Shown here piece by piece: positions 9,001 to 21,000 of a stretch of 64,000 nucleotides of DNA. Below the pieces are notes generated by a model that was not told the DNA's origin, did not search any database, and saw only the letters and a program-made list of their open reading frames with translations. Position 1 is the first letter of the stretch, and every line of letters starts with the position of its first letter. The DNA is from Bacteroidales bacterium (GTDB lineage Bacteria > Bacteroidota > Bacteroidia > Bacteroidales > WRLA01): NCBI GenBank assembly GCA_009777825.1, contig WRLA01000001.1, positions 12,852 through 76,851 on the forward strand, given 5' to 3'. The position numbers were made by a program, and so were the translations under genes.

Positions 9001-12000
9001 ATGCGGTAATCCGTTGGTTCTCCGGCGGTTATCGTTATTTTCAAGATGCCGTTGCTGACGCCGCAGATTGCCGTTGCCTCTTCGTCCAAGGTAAACGCCA
9101 TGCCGCCGTCGTCCGCTGCGCGGATGGTGAAGCCGCCGACAGGAACGTCGCAACCACCGTCAACGATGGTTAACGTGTGGTCGCCGATGGAGATTTCGGA
9201 GACAGTAACAGGATTATTATCAGTTACCTGAGTGGGCGTTTCGTCGTTTATATAATAATAATATGGTATCGTAACGTCGGTAGCCGTGAAGATGATGCTG
9301 CCCTTGCCGTCGCAGTTTGGCGCGTCGGTGATGGTGGTGATAGCGATGATAGCCGTCGTGCCGCTGTTGGTCAGCGCCAACGTATGGCTCACGTCGCTAC
9401 AGCCGCCGCCGGACACCTGCACCGTAACGGTGTAGTTGCCTGCCGACAGTCCGCCGATGATGCCGCTGCCGTCCAAATCATCCCAGCCGCCGCCGTTCAA
9501 CGAATATTCGTAAGCGCCGCCGCCGGTAACGACCAACTTGATGCTACCGTCGGAGTTGCCGCACGTCGGCTGCGTCATCACGCTAATCGAAACAATATCA
9601 ACGGTTTCACTACTGCCCTGACCTATCTCGACACCGTAAATACGCACCACGCAACCTTCGTCATCTTTGACGTAGATGTCGTGGAATCCGGCGCCAAGAC
9701 CGGTGATGGCGTAGGGCGCAGTCAGCGGTTTGTAACTGACGCCGCCGTCGAGGCTGTAGGAATAGGGTGATACTCCGCCGGTTATCGTCAAGTTGGCGCT
9801 GCCGTTGCTCAAACCGCAACCGGCGCTGTAGGTCGTGCCGGCAGAGGCAGAGAACGTCGTCGCATCGTTGGTGATGACTTGTGTCTTAACCTGAGTGATG
9901 CAATCTTCATCGCTACGCAACTCTACGTCGTAACTGCCTGCCGGGACGGAGTGGTAGATCTCGTCGCTGTTGATGGCGATCCATGCGCCGCTGTTGATGC
10001 GGTAATCCGTTGGTTCTCCGGTGGTTATCGTTATCTTCAAGATGCCGTTGCTGGCGCCGCAGATTGCCGTTGCCTCTTCGTCTAAGGTAAACGCCATGCC
10101 GCCGTCGTCCGCTGCTCTTATAGTAAAGCCGCCGACAGGAACGTCGCAACCGCCGTCAACAATGGTTAACGTGTGGTCGCCGATGGAGATTCCGGAGACA
10201 GTAACAGGATTACTGTCAGTTACTTGCGTCGGTATCTCGTCGTCAATATAATAATAATATGGTATCGTAACATCGGTAGCCGTGAAGATGATGCTGCCCT
10301 CGCCGTCGCAGTTGGGCGCGTCGGTGATGGTGGTGATAGCGACGAGCGCTGTCGTGCCGCTGTTGGTCAGCGCCAGCGTTTGGCTCACGTCGTTACAGCC
10401 GCCGCCGGACACCTGCACCGTAACGGTGTAGTTGCCTGCCGACAGTCCGCCGATGATGCCGCTACCGTCCAAATCATCCCAGCCGCCGCCGTTCAACGAA
10501 TATTCGTAAGCGCTGCCGCCGGTAACGACCAACTTGATGCTGCCGTCGGCGTTGCCGCACGTCGGCTGCGTCATCACGCTAATCGAAACAATATCAACGG
10601 TTTCGCTACTGCCCTGCCCTATCTCGACGCCATAAATACGCACCACGCAGCCTTCGTCGTCTTTGACGAAGATGTCGTGGAAGCCGGCGCCAAGACCCGT
10701 GATGGCGTAGGGCGCGGTCAGCGGTTTGTAACTGACGCCACCATCGAGGCTGTAGTAATAGGGTGATAATCCGCCGGTTATCGTCAATCCGGCGCTGCCG
10801 TTGCTCAACCCGCAACCGGCGCTGTAGGTCGTGCCGGCAGAGACAGAGAACGTCGTCGCATCGTTGGTGATGACCTGCGTCTTAACTTGAGTGATGCAAT
10901 CTTCGTCGCTGCGCAACTCTACGTCGTAACTTCCTGCCGGGACGGCGCGGTAGATCTTGTCGCTGTTGATGGCGATCCACGCGCCGCTGTTGATGCGGTA
11001 ATCCGTTGGTTCTCCGGCGGTTATGGTTATCTTCAGGATGCCGTTGCTCACGCCGCAGATTGCCGTTGCCTCTTCGTCTAAGGTAAACGCCATGCCGCCG
11101 TCGTCCGCTGCGCGGATGGTGAAGCCGCCCACCGGAACGTCGCAACCGGCGTCAACGATGGTTAATGTGTGGTCGCCGATAGCAATGCCCGTTATTGTAA
11201 CAGGATTACTATCAGTTACTTGCGTGGGCGTTTCGTCGTTTATATAATAATAATATGGTATCGTAACGTCGGTAGCGGTGAAGACGATGCTGCCCTCGCC
11301 GTCGCAGTTGGGCGCGTCGGTGATGGTCGTGATGGCGATGAGCGCCGTCGTGCCGCTGTTAGTCAGCGCCAACGTTTGGCTCGCGTCGCTACAGCCGCCG
11401 CCGGACACCTGCACCGTAACGGTGTAGTTGCCTGCCGACAGTCCGCCGATGATGCCGCTGCCGTCCAAGTCGTTCCAGCCGCCGCCGTTCAACGAATATT
11501 CGTAAGCGCCGCCGCCCGTAACGACCAACTTGATACTGCCGTCGGCGTTGCCGCACGTCGGCTGTGTAAGAACGCTAATCGAGACAATATCAACCTGTTC
11601 ACTTCCGCCTTGTTCTATTTCGACGCCATGAATTTCAAACGTGCAACCGTCGTCATTGCTGAGGGTAACGGTATAAATACCTGCCGACAGGTTTTCTATT
11701 TCATACATATAGGGATTGGTTGTCGTGGTAAACGGTATTTTTGTTTTTCCCAAATCAAAACTATAGTAATATTTTCCTTCGTCGCCTGTTATTTTCAGTT
11801 CGATATTTCCGCTTCCTTGTCCGCAGGTTGTTGGGGCGCTGCTTTTCAGTTCGGCGGTGAAGGCTTCGGCATCACTGTTGGTAACGGTTTCGGATTCTAT
11901 CTGAGAGATACATCCGCTTTCATCGCGCAGTTCGACTTCGTAATATCCTGCCGGGAGGGGTATTTCTGTTGTGCTCAACACCGTCCATTTGCCGTTGTTA

Positions 12001-15000
12001 ATCCGGTATTCTTTTGGATCTCCGGCAGTTATATTTATTGTCAATTCGCCTAAGTTGCCGGAGCAATCGGCTTGTTCGGTCATGGTCAAGTTGAAGGTTA
12101 GTTCGTTGTCGGCAGACCTTATGGTGAAAGTTCCTACTGGGATTTCACAGCCTCCGTCAATGACGGTTAAGGTGTATTCGCCAATGCCTAAGTAAACCGT
12201 AACGGGAAAGTCATCGTTTACTTCTGCCGGAACTTCATCGTTTATCTGATAATAATATGGTATTGTTGCGCCGGTAACTTCAAATGTTATTTCGCCGTCC
12301 GTTGCTTCACAATCGCCGGCGTCGGCAATATTTGTTATTTCGACGGTAGCGCTTACATTTTTGTTTGTCAATGTCAAGGTTTGGCCGATTTCGTCGCAAT
12401 TGCCGGCATCAGTGATTACGATGTTGTAGAATCCGGCGGGTAATCCGGTGATAATGCCGCTTTCGGGCAAGATTCCGTATTCACCGTTGATGTCGTAAAG
12501 ATAATCGCCGTTGCTACGGTTGATAAGCACTTGTATGCTGCCGTTGTCATTTCCGCAAGTTGGCTGCTCGAATACCAATATCGAACCAATCATCGGTTCA
12601 CAATCATCAACTTTCCATATTGCATACAAGTCGGTGTCTTCGGTGATGTAAAAGTAACTTTCCGGTTCGAAAGCAGAGCCTGTCCAGACGTAGTAAGGTT
12701 CTGTTGCTGAGGATGATAGCGCCCATCCGAGGAAGACATAGTTGAGGCGGGCGAATCCGGAAGATTGATAGATTGATACCATGTTGTTTTTACAATAATA
12801 GTCTGTACTCGGAGGCATGGCGCCGCCGCCACCGTTGGCATGATACGTTACGCGATAAACGTCGAGATGAGGCGGTTGTAACGCACCCGAAAAGTCTTCT
12901 GCCGTAAATGCTTTCAAAACAGGCAGGTTGGTTGGCGTATCTCCTGCGGTTACTACATTATAGCCGATATAGTTATATATCCAGTAATCGTCGAAATCGC
13001 CACCCCAGTTGCCGGTTATTGCGAAAGCGCTGCCGTTGGTGTTAAGGACAGGTAGCGGCGGTATCGTTATTCCGTCGTTGCTGTCCGTATTATTGAAAGC
13101 GGCGAGGCAATTCAGAGCGTAGTTGTTGGTCAAGGTGGTCTGTCCATTGCCGGAGATACGTCCGACAAAGTGCGCTGCCGGAGCCGTTATCCGCACATTA
13201 AAGGCAAAACAGTTTTCTATGGTTGTTACGCCCGCAATGGTTCCCACGATTCCGCCGACATAATCTTCTCCTTCGACGACGCTGGTGGTGTAGCAGTTGG
13301 ATATTTCCGAATCCGAGATACTTCCTACAATTCCGCCGACAAAGTTATTCCCTTCAACATTTCCGGTGGTGTAGCAATTGTTTATTTCCGAATCCTCAAC
13401 AGTTCCCACAAGTCCGCCGGCATGATTATAAAGTACTGCAACATTGACGGTAGAGTAGCAACTGTGGATGAGTGAGTTGTCCATAAGTTCTCCCACAAGT
13501 CCTCCTCCGAGCGTACCGGCTACTTCAATATTTCCGGTAGCGTAACAATGGGTGATGGTCGTATTTTCGGCACCTCCTACAACTCCTCCGACGCCGGAAT
13601 TGCCTCTAATTGTATCAATATTTACTCCAAGGCTGTCAATAGTGGCGCCTATAACGTAGCCGAATAATCCTTGCCCATACGCCTCTCTGTCTATCCACAA
13701 TCCGCTGACGGCAAAGCCCTGTCCGGTAAATTCGCCGACGAAGGGGTCGTTGTCGCTTGTACTTGTATAATATCCTATTGGAATCCACCCCTCCCCTACT
13801 GTCATCATCCATCCGCAGTCGTCATTATCCTTTTCATATTCGGAGTAGAGCGTTTCTGCGATGGTGATTCTGGTTTCGATGTCGGTTTCGTAGTCGGCGT
13901 CGGTTTCGTCGTATTCGGTAGTGTCGTCGTCGGTGATAAATCCTTCGTATCCCCACCAACCGAAGCGTTTGTCGCCCAAGTGGACGTTTTGCACGTCTGT
14001 TTCTCTGTCGGCTAAGCCGGTGCCGTCGCCGAAGTTGGGTATGTTGGTATCTGCGTCGTTTTCGTCTTTGAAGAATCCGCCCGGTGTTCCTATATTTTGC
14101 ATGATGGCGTAGGTGGCATCCGGATAGCGTTCCTGCACATACATCACGTGTGCGAGGTCGTCCCAGTTCCAGATTTCAAACACGCCTTGGCTATTGGGTT
14201 TGTATGGCGCCACCACGCTTATGGAGTCGCTTTTGGAGGTACATCCTGTTGCTGTAAAGGTATAGGTCAGCACGACTTTGCCGATGGCAACGCCTGTTAC
14301 AACTCCTCCGTCGGTAACGGTTGCTATGGCGGGGTCGCTGCTTTCCCATGTTCCGCCTGTTGTGGGCGACCAGATGATGGTTTCGCCAACGAACACTTCG
14401 TAGGCTCCCGATATGTTCGGTTCATTGACCGTGAGGGTATCGCTGACGGCGACACATCCTGTGAGGTCGGTTGTGAAAGAGAAGGTAACTTTTCCGCCTG
14501 AGACGCCGGTAATTTCTCCGGTGAGTTCGTCCACAGTTGCTATGGCGGGATCATTACTTGTCCATGTTCCTCCGATCCAGCGGGATAGTTGCGACATTTC
14601 GCCTACGCAAATAACGTTATCGCCGGTGATGAGAACGGTGGGTAAGGCTTCTAACTCCAACTCTCCGAAAGCGTCCCAAAATATGGTGATGGCACATTCA
14701 TCATCGGAGAAACTGAAAAAATCAAACACCATCCCGAATGCGGTAAAGATGGGATTGCCGCTTTCGTCGAATATCGGTTCGCCTTCAAAGTCATAATCTT
14801 GTTCTAGGGTCTCGGGCGCTATTACTTGGAATATAATGATATGTTCGCCCGGCGGGATGAGAAATCCTTCTGCTTCTAATTCGTCGTTGTAACTTCCTAT
14901 TACCAAGAATCCGCCTCCGTCGTCATACAATTCAAAGTCGCCGAGTGTGATTGAGGAAGAAGAGAGGCTGCCGTCCAAGTATTGGAAATCTTCATTGTAA

Positions 15001-18000
15001 GAGACGCCCAGCCCTGTTTCCGAGATGGGTAGCGTGTTGGGGTTTCGTACTGTAATGGCTATTGAGATGGTATCTTTTGGGGAGAAACACACTTTTTCCA
15101 TAATCTCTTCTATATTAAGTATTTCGAGTGGTTTCAGTCTGTCGGCGCCTGATTCTAACGCGACGATTGTTGAGGGTCTGCATCCGGACAGGAATGCATC
15201 GCAACTTTCGTAGAATCTGGGATTCCAGGCGCCGCCTTCCCATTGTTGGTAATCTATTCGCGCACGGTTGGTGTATGAGCCTTCGGTTGCGTTCAGGTCG
15301 AAATAGGCGCGTGCGCTAAATTCTGTCGTGCTGTTTCCTGTTGCTACGAGGCTGTCAATGGTCAGTGTTGCCATATCGTTGTAGGCGTGGATGTTGGTAA
15401 CGCCGTCTTTTATATTTTCTGTTGCTAAGGCGATGGAATTGGGCAGCCATTTCATGCCATTGGGCAGGGTAACGGTGAAATTTGCCGTTTTCTCTCTACA
15501 GTTGACGTTTTGAATACAGTAGGTATAGGTTACATATTGGCAAAGCAGCACGGTGTCTCGTAAGCGATCTCCTGCCTGTTGCGAAAGGTTAATGCCGTCT
15601 TCGTTAATTGGCGGCGGCGTAAATGGACAGGTAAAGTTGATGGGACCGCCGATAGCGAGATATCGTGTTGCGGTGGAGGTTCCGCCGCTGATGGTGTGTT
15701 CTATGAAGATTTTATTTACAGGTTCTTCAAATTGGACTTTCATCCATCCTCTTTGGTTGCTGATGCTCATGCTGGAGTTGACTCTGGCAATTGCCGTGCC
15801 TAAGTTCGGATGGATAATATAAGTACTGTTTTGCGGTGTGGTAGCATAACTCATCTTGGGGATTCTTGTTCCATAGCCGCATGTTCCATATATTTTCAAA
15901 TTGTCGTAACGTCCGCCGCCGCCGCCAATTCTTTTTATGTCGAAAGTAGCCATTGCGGAGGAGTCTAATTCTATGGTTGTTATCATCTTTTGTCTTGGAT
16001 TTCCTTTTCTTGCAAATGACAATGCGGCGCTGGTTGCATTGGGCGACGGGCTGACAAAGACGGAGTTGCCGGGCTGTTCAAAGTTCGCTGTCATGGTTGC
16101 GGTAAGTCCATAATTGTTCAGGTTAAAGTTTCGTGTTACGGCGCGGTTGGGCCATGTTTGGGTGGTAAATGTAATGGGGTTCAAACGGTTGTCCACATCG
16201 CAGGCATCGCAATCGGTGAAGAGTTGCGTTCCGCCGAAGGTGAAGTAATAGGTTTTTCCTGCTTCAAAAGTTAGGTTAAATTGGTGCATTCCGTCCACAA
16301 AGACGCCGTCAAAGACCATATCCCATTGTCTTGTTTGTATTTTCGCTTCGCTGTCGGCAATGATGAGATATACTTTCCATCCGGGTCCGTCGTAGGGGAA
16401 GTTGTCAATTGCGCCGGAGTGCCGGTAAGCGCCCATGATCACGTTGTAGTTTTCCTGCGTCAGGACATTCACCATCCATATACGGTTTTCCAGCATTTCT
16501 TCAAAATCTCCGCAGAGGGCATCTTCGCCGGGAGTAACGGAATAGGTTAGGGAGGTATAGTCTCCGCCGTTGTTACCCCATATAATGATCTCTTTGTCGG
16601 TATTCAATCCGCTCAGTTGAGGGCTGATTCCGATACGCTCGCCTATTCCCATGACCACAGCCGCTCCGGCGTCGGTAGAGTGGGCTTGACGGTTGTTGAG
16701 ACTTGCCAAGTCGTCGCGCACGATGGCGGCTACGTTATGGTGATATTGCACATGGAGCGGGTCGGAATTACCTGCCCAGACCAAGGTACCGTCGGCAAGA
16801 TGGTAATCAAAATTCACTAACGGGTTGGTTTTATCTTTATCTACGGTAACGCCGTATTTCAGTCCCAAATAGGAATAAATAGCGTCTTTTTCCGGTTCGT
16901 CTAACAACCTTTCAAACATGATTACCTCGCCCACGGTGCCGATCAAGGCTCTTGCCGGAAGCGAGCCTCCGCCCAGCATGCCCGGACCGTTCATCAGCGT
17001 GTTGTTTCCACTGTTATAAACGGCTGCATTATTCCCCATTGTCTCGCCTTCGCCATCACCTTCATACCGAAGGTAGGAGGTTGCTTGATTGGCTCCGACA
17101 TTGCCAAAATTCATGGAAATGAGGGTAGCATACTGATTATACAACGCTTGCACGCCATTCACCGCAGCGTTATAAAAGTATGACCGTCCAACGCCTCTGT
17201 TTTGTGTATTTATTTGAAAACCAAAGCCCGGACGTCGGTAGGTATCGGCTCCCGAATTGCCAATGTCTAAAGAAGCGCCCGCATTCGAACTTCCAAAACC
17301 GAAAATGTAGGAGCATTCCGCTCCGTTGCTATACCATCCATACTGACGGATATGCACTACGGAGATGAGGGTATATTGCGGAGGTCTTGGTACGGAAAAA
17401 CAGGTGCTGTCCGTACTTAGATATTCAAATTTCCGGTCGTCTCCGGTATAGTCATCATAGTGATTACGGAAATCTACGGCTGGGTGGAAGTTCATATCGG
17501 GGTCAACGTTGCGAAAACCGGGACGCGCGTTGGTCGTTACCGGCGCCATATAATAATATCGTCTATCTCTACTATTGAAGGTTCCGAAGTCGCGCCATTC
17601 CTGCACTTCGCCGTCCACAAAATCCAACGAAGAGGGTTCGTCGGCTTTGAGCCATATACGCGTATCGAGAACGCCACCGGGACCTTTTGCCTGATAGGCA
17701 AAGCAAAAATAGTCGTTGTCGCGGATCAATATATCGTGGACTATCGCGCTGTTGTCCATTTTGTAAACATCAGTGCTACTTGTGGGGAAAGTGGGGTCGT
17801 CCGACACAATCATGTAGTCGGCTTTGAGTCTTCCTGCTCCGATATTCACCGTCATGGAGGTACATCCGATAGTATGTGCTTTAAATATCGTGCCATGACG
17901 GTAATCAAGTTTCATGTCAATGGTAGTGTTCAAAAACGCCTCTCCTTCGGGATGGTCAAACAACTCTTTGGTGGAGTTGCCTGCGATGATGCCATTGGAT

Positions 18001-21000
18001 CCGATCATCAGGTATTGTCCATCGTTCAAGGTGCCGTTGTTTTGGCTGTTGAGCGTCGGGAGTGTTTGGCTGTTTCCTAAGAAAACGATAACTTTTTCAC
18101 TACCATCCACACTGAGTGATTGTTTTTGGTAAAGTCCGATAGCGTCGTCGCGCCCGATGCCGAATATGTTGTTGCTATATCCGGCACAGTCGGGGTCGTC
18201 TTTATCCCAGATGACAGTGCCGTCGAAGGCTATCCATTGCGGTTGTGCGATGGTATCGAGCATTTGCCCATATTTCACTGCCAAGTAGGTATTGATTTTT
18301 GCCATATCGAGTGGAGCAAAGGGCGTCCCTGCGGGCGCAGACAGAACGATGATTTCCTGAATATCGCCGTAGAAAGGGTTGGAACTGGCGCCGGCTTGTC
18401 TGTTCCCGACAACGGCTCTTGCGCTACCGGCGGTAACGGGTCGGGCAGTTCCGGGAGCGGGAGTCGCTTGTTTGGCATTATGCCACACATAACCGTTTCT
18501 ATCCATGCTGACGATACCAAATCGTTTTGAGGCTCCCGTAGTGGTTGTCAATCCCGGAGTGAAGTTGGTAACCGTTCCATTAGAAAAATAGAGATAGTCG
18601 TTGTTGGTGGCTCCTCTCCATCCTTCATCGAGATTGGCGCCGGTGCGATAGGAAAACAAGGCGCCGTAGGCGGTGGTCCCCGTAAGATTTGCCGTTGACA
18701 CATAAAAAGTACGATAGACGCGTCCCGTATTGGCATACGTTTGGAAGTTATGTTCGGTTACCAACTGTTTGAAAGGCGCTGCAAAACGGACAGCGGGCTG
18801 GAAGTTCATGCCTTCGTCCTTATATATCGGCACGTTTTGTGTTCCGTTGCGCACTAAATCGTTCATGGTTCCCGACTGGTTTGCCCATCGTGTTACCGAC
18901 ATGCCGTCTATGGATTGCGAGCCTGCCCGCATATTGTTGGCGTCGAACCATAATTCTACGGTATAGTTGAGCATGGAGCCATCAATGACAAAGCCGATAT
19001 AGTCGCCGTCTTCTATCTTTACTCCGGTAGCAATGCCATCGTTAACGGCATAAATGCGAGTATCGCTCGGAATAAAATTTGTTGTATTGGAGACTATGAC
19101 GTATTTTGCTTTGAATTTCTGAATCAACAGACTTACGGTAATGTCGCTGTCGTCTCCTGTAAGTTGCGCTTTATAGAGGCGTTGCTGGCGTGTGGCGAAA
19201 GTTTCGTGCGACAGCAGTGCGTTCTCAAACTGCATGTTTGCCGGCGTATAATCCGTGATGCCTTCCTGGTTGTTGGAACCGAGAAGCAGGTAGGTCATGT
19301 TATTCAAAGTTTCCGGATTTTGGCTATTCAGAGTGTATAATTGATTCCCCCGAAAGACAATCAACACAGAATCGTCACTGTTAATCGCCTGACGCTGATA
19401 CAAGCCGGTGGTCTCATCGCGGGCAATACCGAAAATATTGTTGTTATAGCCTGTGTTTGCCGATCTGCTCCATACTATATTGCCTGCCGTATTGATATAA
19501 TCATCATTGTTTTGCAACATGATGCCATATTTGACGGCTAAGTAGGAGTGGATTTTTTGCATATCAATAGCGTCAACATGTTGGTTGTCTGTTCTTTTAA
19601 TCAAGATGACTTCCTGTAACATTCCCCGATAGCCGTACCACGCCTGACTGTTACGACCGCCGCCCAGCGCTACCCTTCCATTTCCGCGATTCGTAGTACC
19701 GTTCCATTGGGCTGTTGCAAAATTGGTTTGTACGCCGTCTTTAAAACACCTGATTCCTTCCTGAACTGCGGTGGCTGTTACATTGACGTTTCCTACGGAA
19801 AGCAATCCTTTTTCTACGGCTCCCAAGGCTCTTGAAGTTGTTCCGGGCCAAGTGTATGTGAGGTTATGATTATTGGCACGCCACGAGATAGCGTTATAGT
19901 TGTCGGTGTTGGTTACACCCATCAGAAAATCATAATACAGAGACGTTGTTACCCGTCGTTGCAATACGAAGATGGTAGTGAAACTCTCCGTCGTAGCGAT
20001 ATCAATAGGCAAGTCCGATAAAAGTTGATTGGGCGCTGAGCCGTTGGCACCCGGTTTTTCAAATAATACGATGGGATGATAGTTGTATCCTGTCGTGTTA
20101 AGTTTGCGTGGTGCCGTTGCCGCGCCGGAGAAGTTGCCTACGCCTTGCTGCATCAGGTTCAGCCAAACGCCGTTGTTATAATTCTCTGACGTGAGCCACG
20201 CAACGACATTGGCGTTGGTGATCCCGCCCGGCATTTTTTCTAACAGGGCAAAGCCGATGTAATCGCCGTCGGCAATTTCGACATTTCTGGCGATTCCGTT
20301 GCCGTCGAGAAGATAGAGGGTAGTGTTTCCCGGAATGAAATCGGGAGCAGACGACACCATTAAATATTTCGCTTTGTAACTGTTCAACTGAAAACTTGTC
20401 GTAACCGAAGCGGCTCCCGTTACTTGCGCATTGTAAACAGCGCTCAGACGGATGTTGAGGTTTTCATCTATGGTCAGATTTGAATAGGGGGTCTCTTTTG
20501 CCCATATATATGGGGTCATGCCGGTCAATCCGTTGGAGCCCAAGAGCATATAGGTCATATCGCTCAAAGTGCCTCCGTTATTGACATTTAAGGGGTATAA
20601 TTGATTATCGAGAAAAGTGGTCAAGGTCTTGTCTTCACGACTTTCTGCCTGCTTTTGATATAAGCCGGTGGCATCGTCGCGCCCGATGCCGAATACATTA
20701 TTGGTGTATCCTGTATGGTTAGAGGATGTCCAAACCATGGTTTCTGCGGAGTTGTAGAGGTCGGGCATGTTGCTCTGATTGAGCGCATGACCGTATTTAA
20801 TGGCTAAATAGGATGTCATGATCTGGTGATCCATCGCCGTGAAAGGAGTGTTCGCCGGCTTTGAGATGATGATGATCTCCTGAATATCGCCGTAGAAAGG
20901 ATTGGTCGCCCCGGCAACTGTCGTTACGCCGATGGTGGCTCTTGTGGCAACGCCGGTAAACGGTCGGGCGGCGCCGGTTGCCGGCGCTGCATTATGCCAC

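Noticed and set aside
8181-12053. Plus-strand ORFs of 197, 197, 197 and 294 aa (8181, 9177, 10173, 11169), plus many 60-90-aa ORFs in both directions inside the tandem array.
   Set aside because: They are antisense or out of frame relative to the 5,185-aa ORF. They recur only because the DNA is repeated every 996 bp. Their translations are Arg/Ala/Gly-rich and low-complexity with no motifs, which points to a codon-bias artefact.
7607-12590. A possible diversity-generating retroelement, or a CRISPR-like array, as the explanation for the variable positions in the repeats.
   Set aside because: The window has no reverse transcriptase and no template repeat. The variation is mosaic between units, which looks like gene conversion, and I could not see adenine-specific changes. 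The units are 996 bp of coding sequence, not short repeats separated by spacers.
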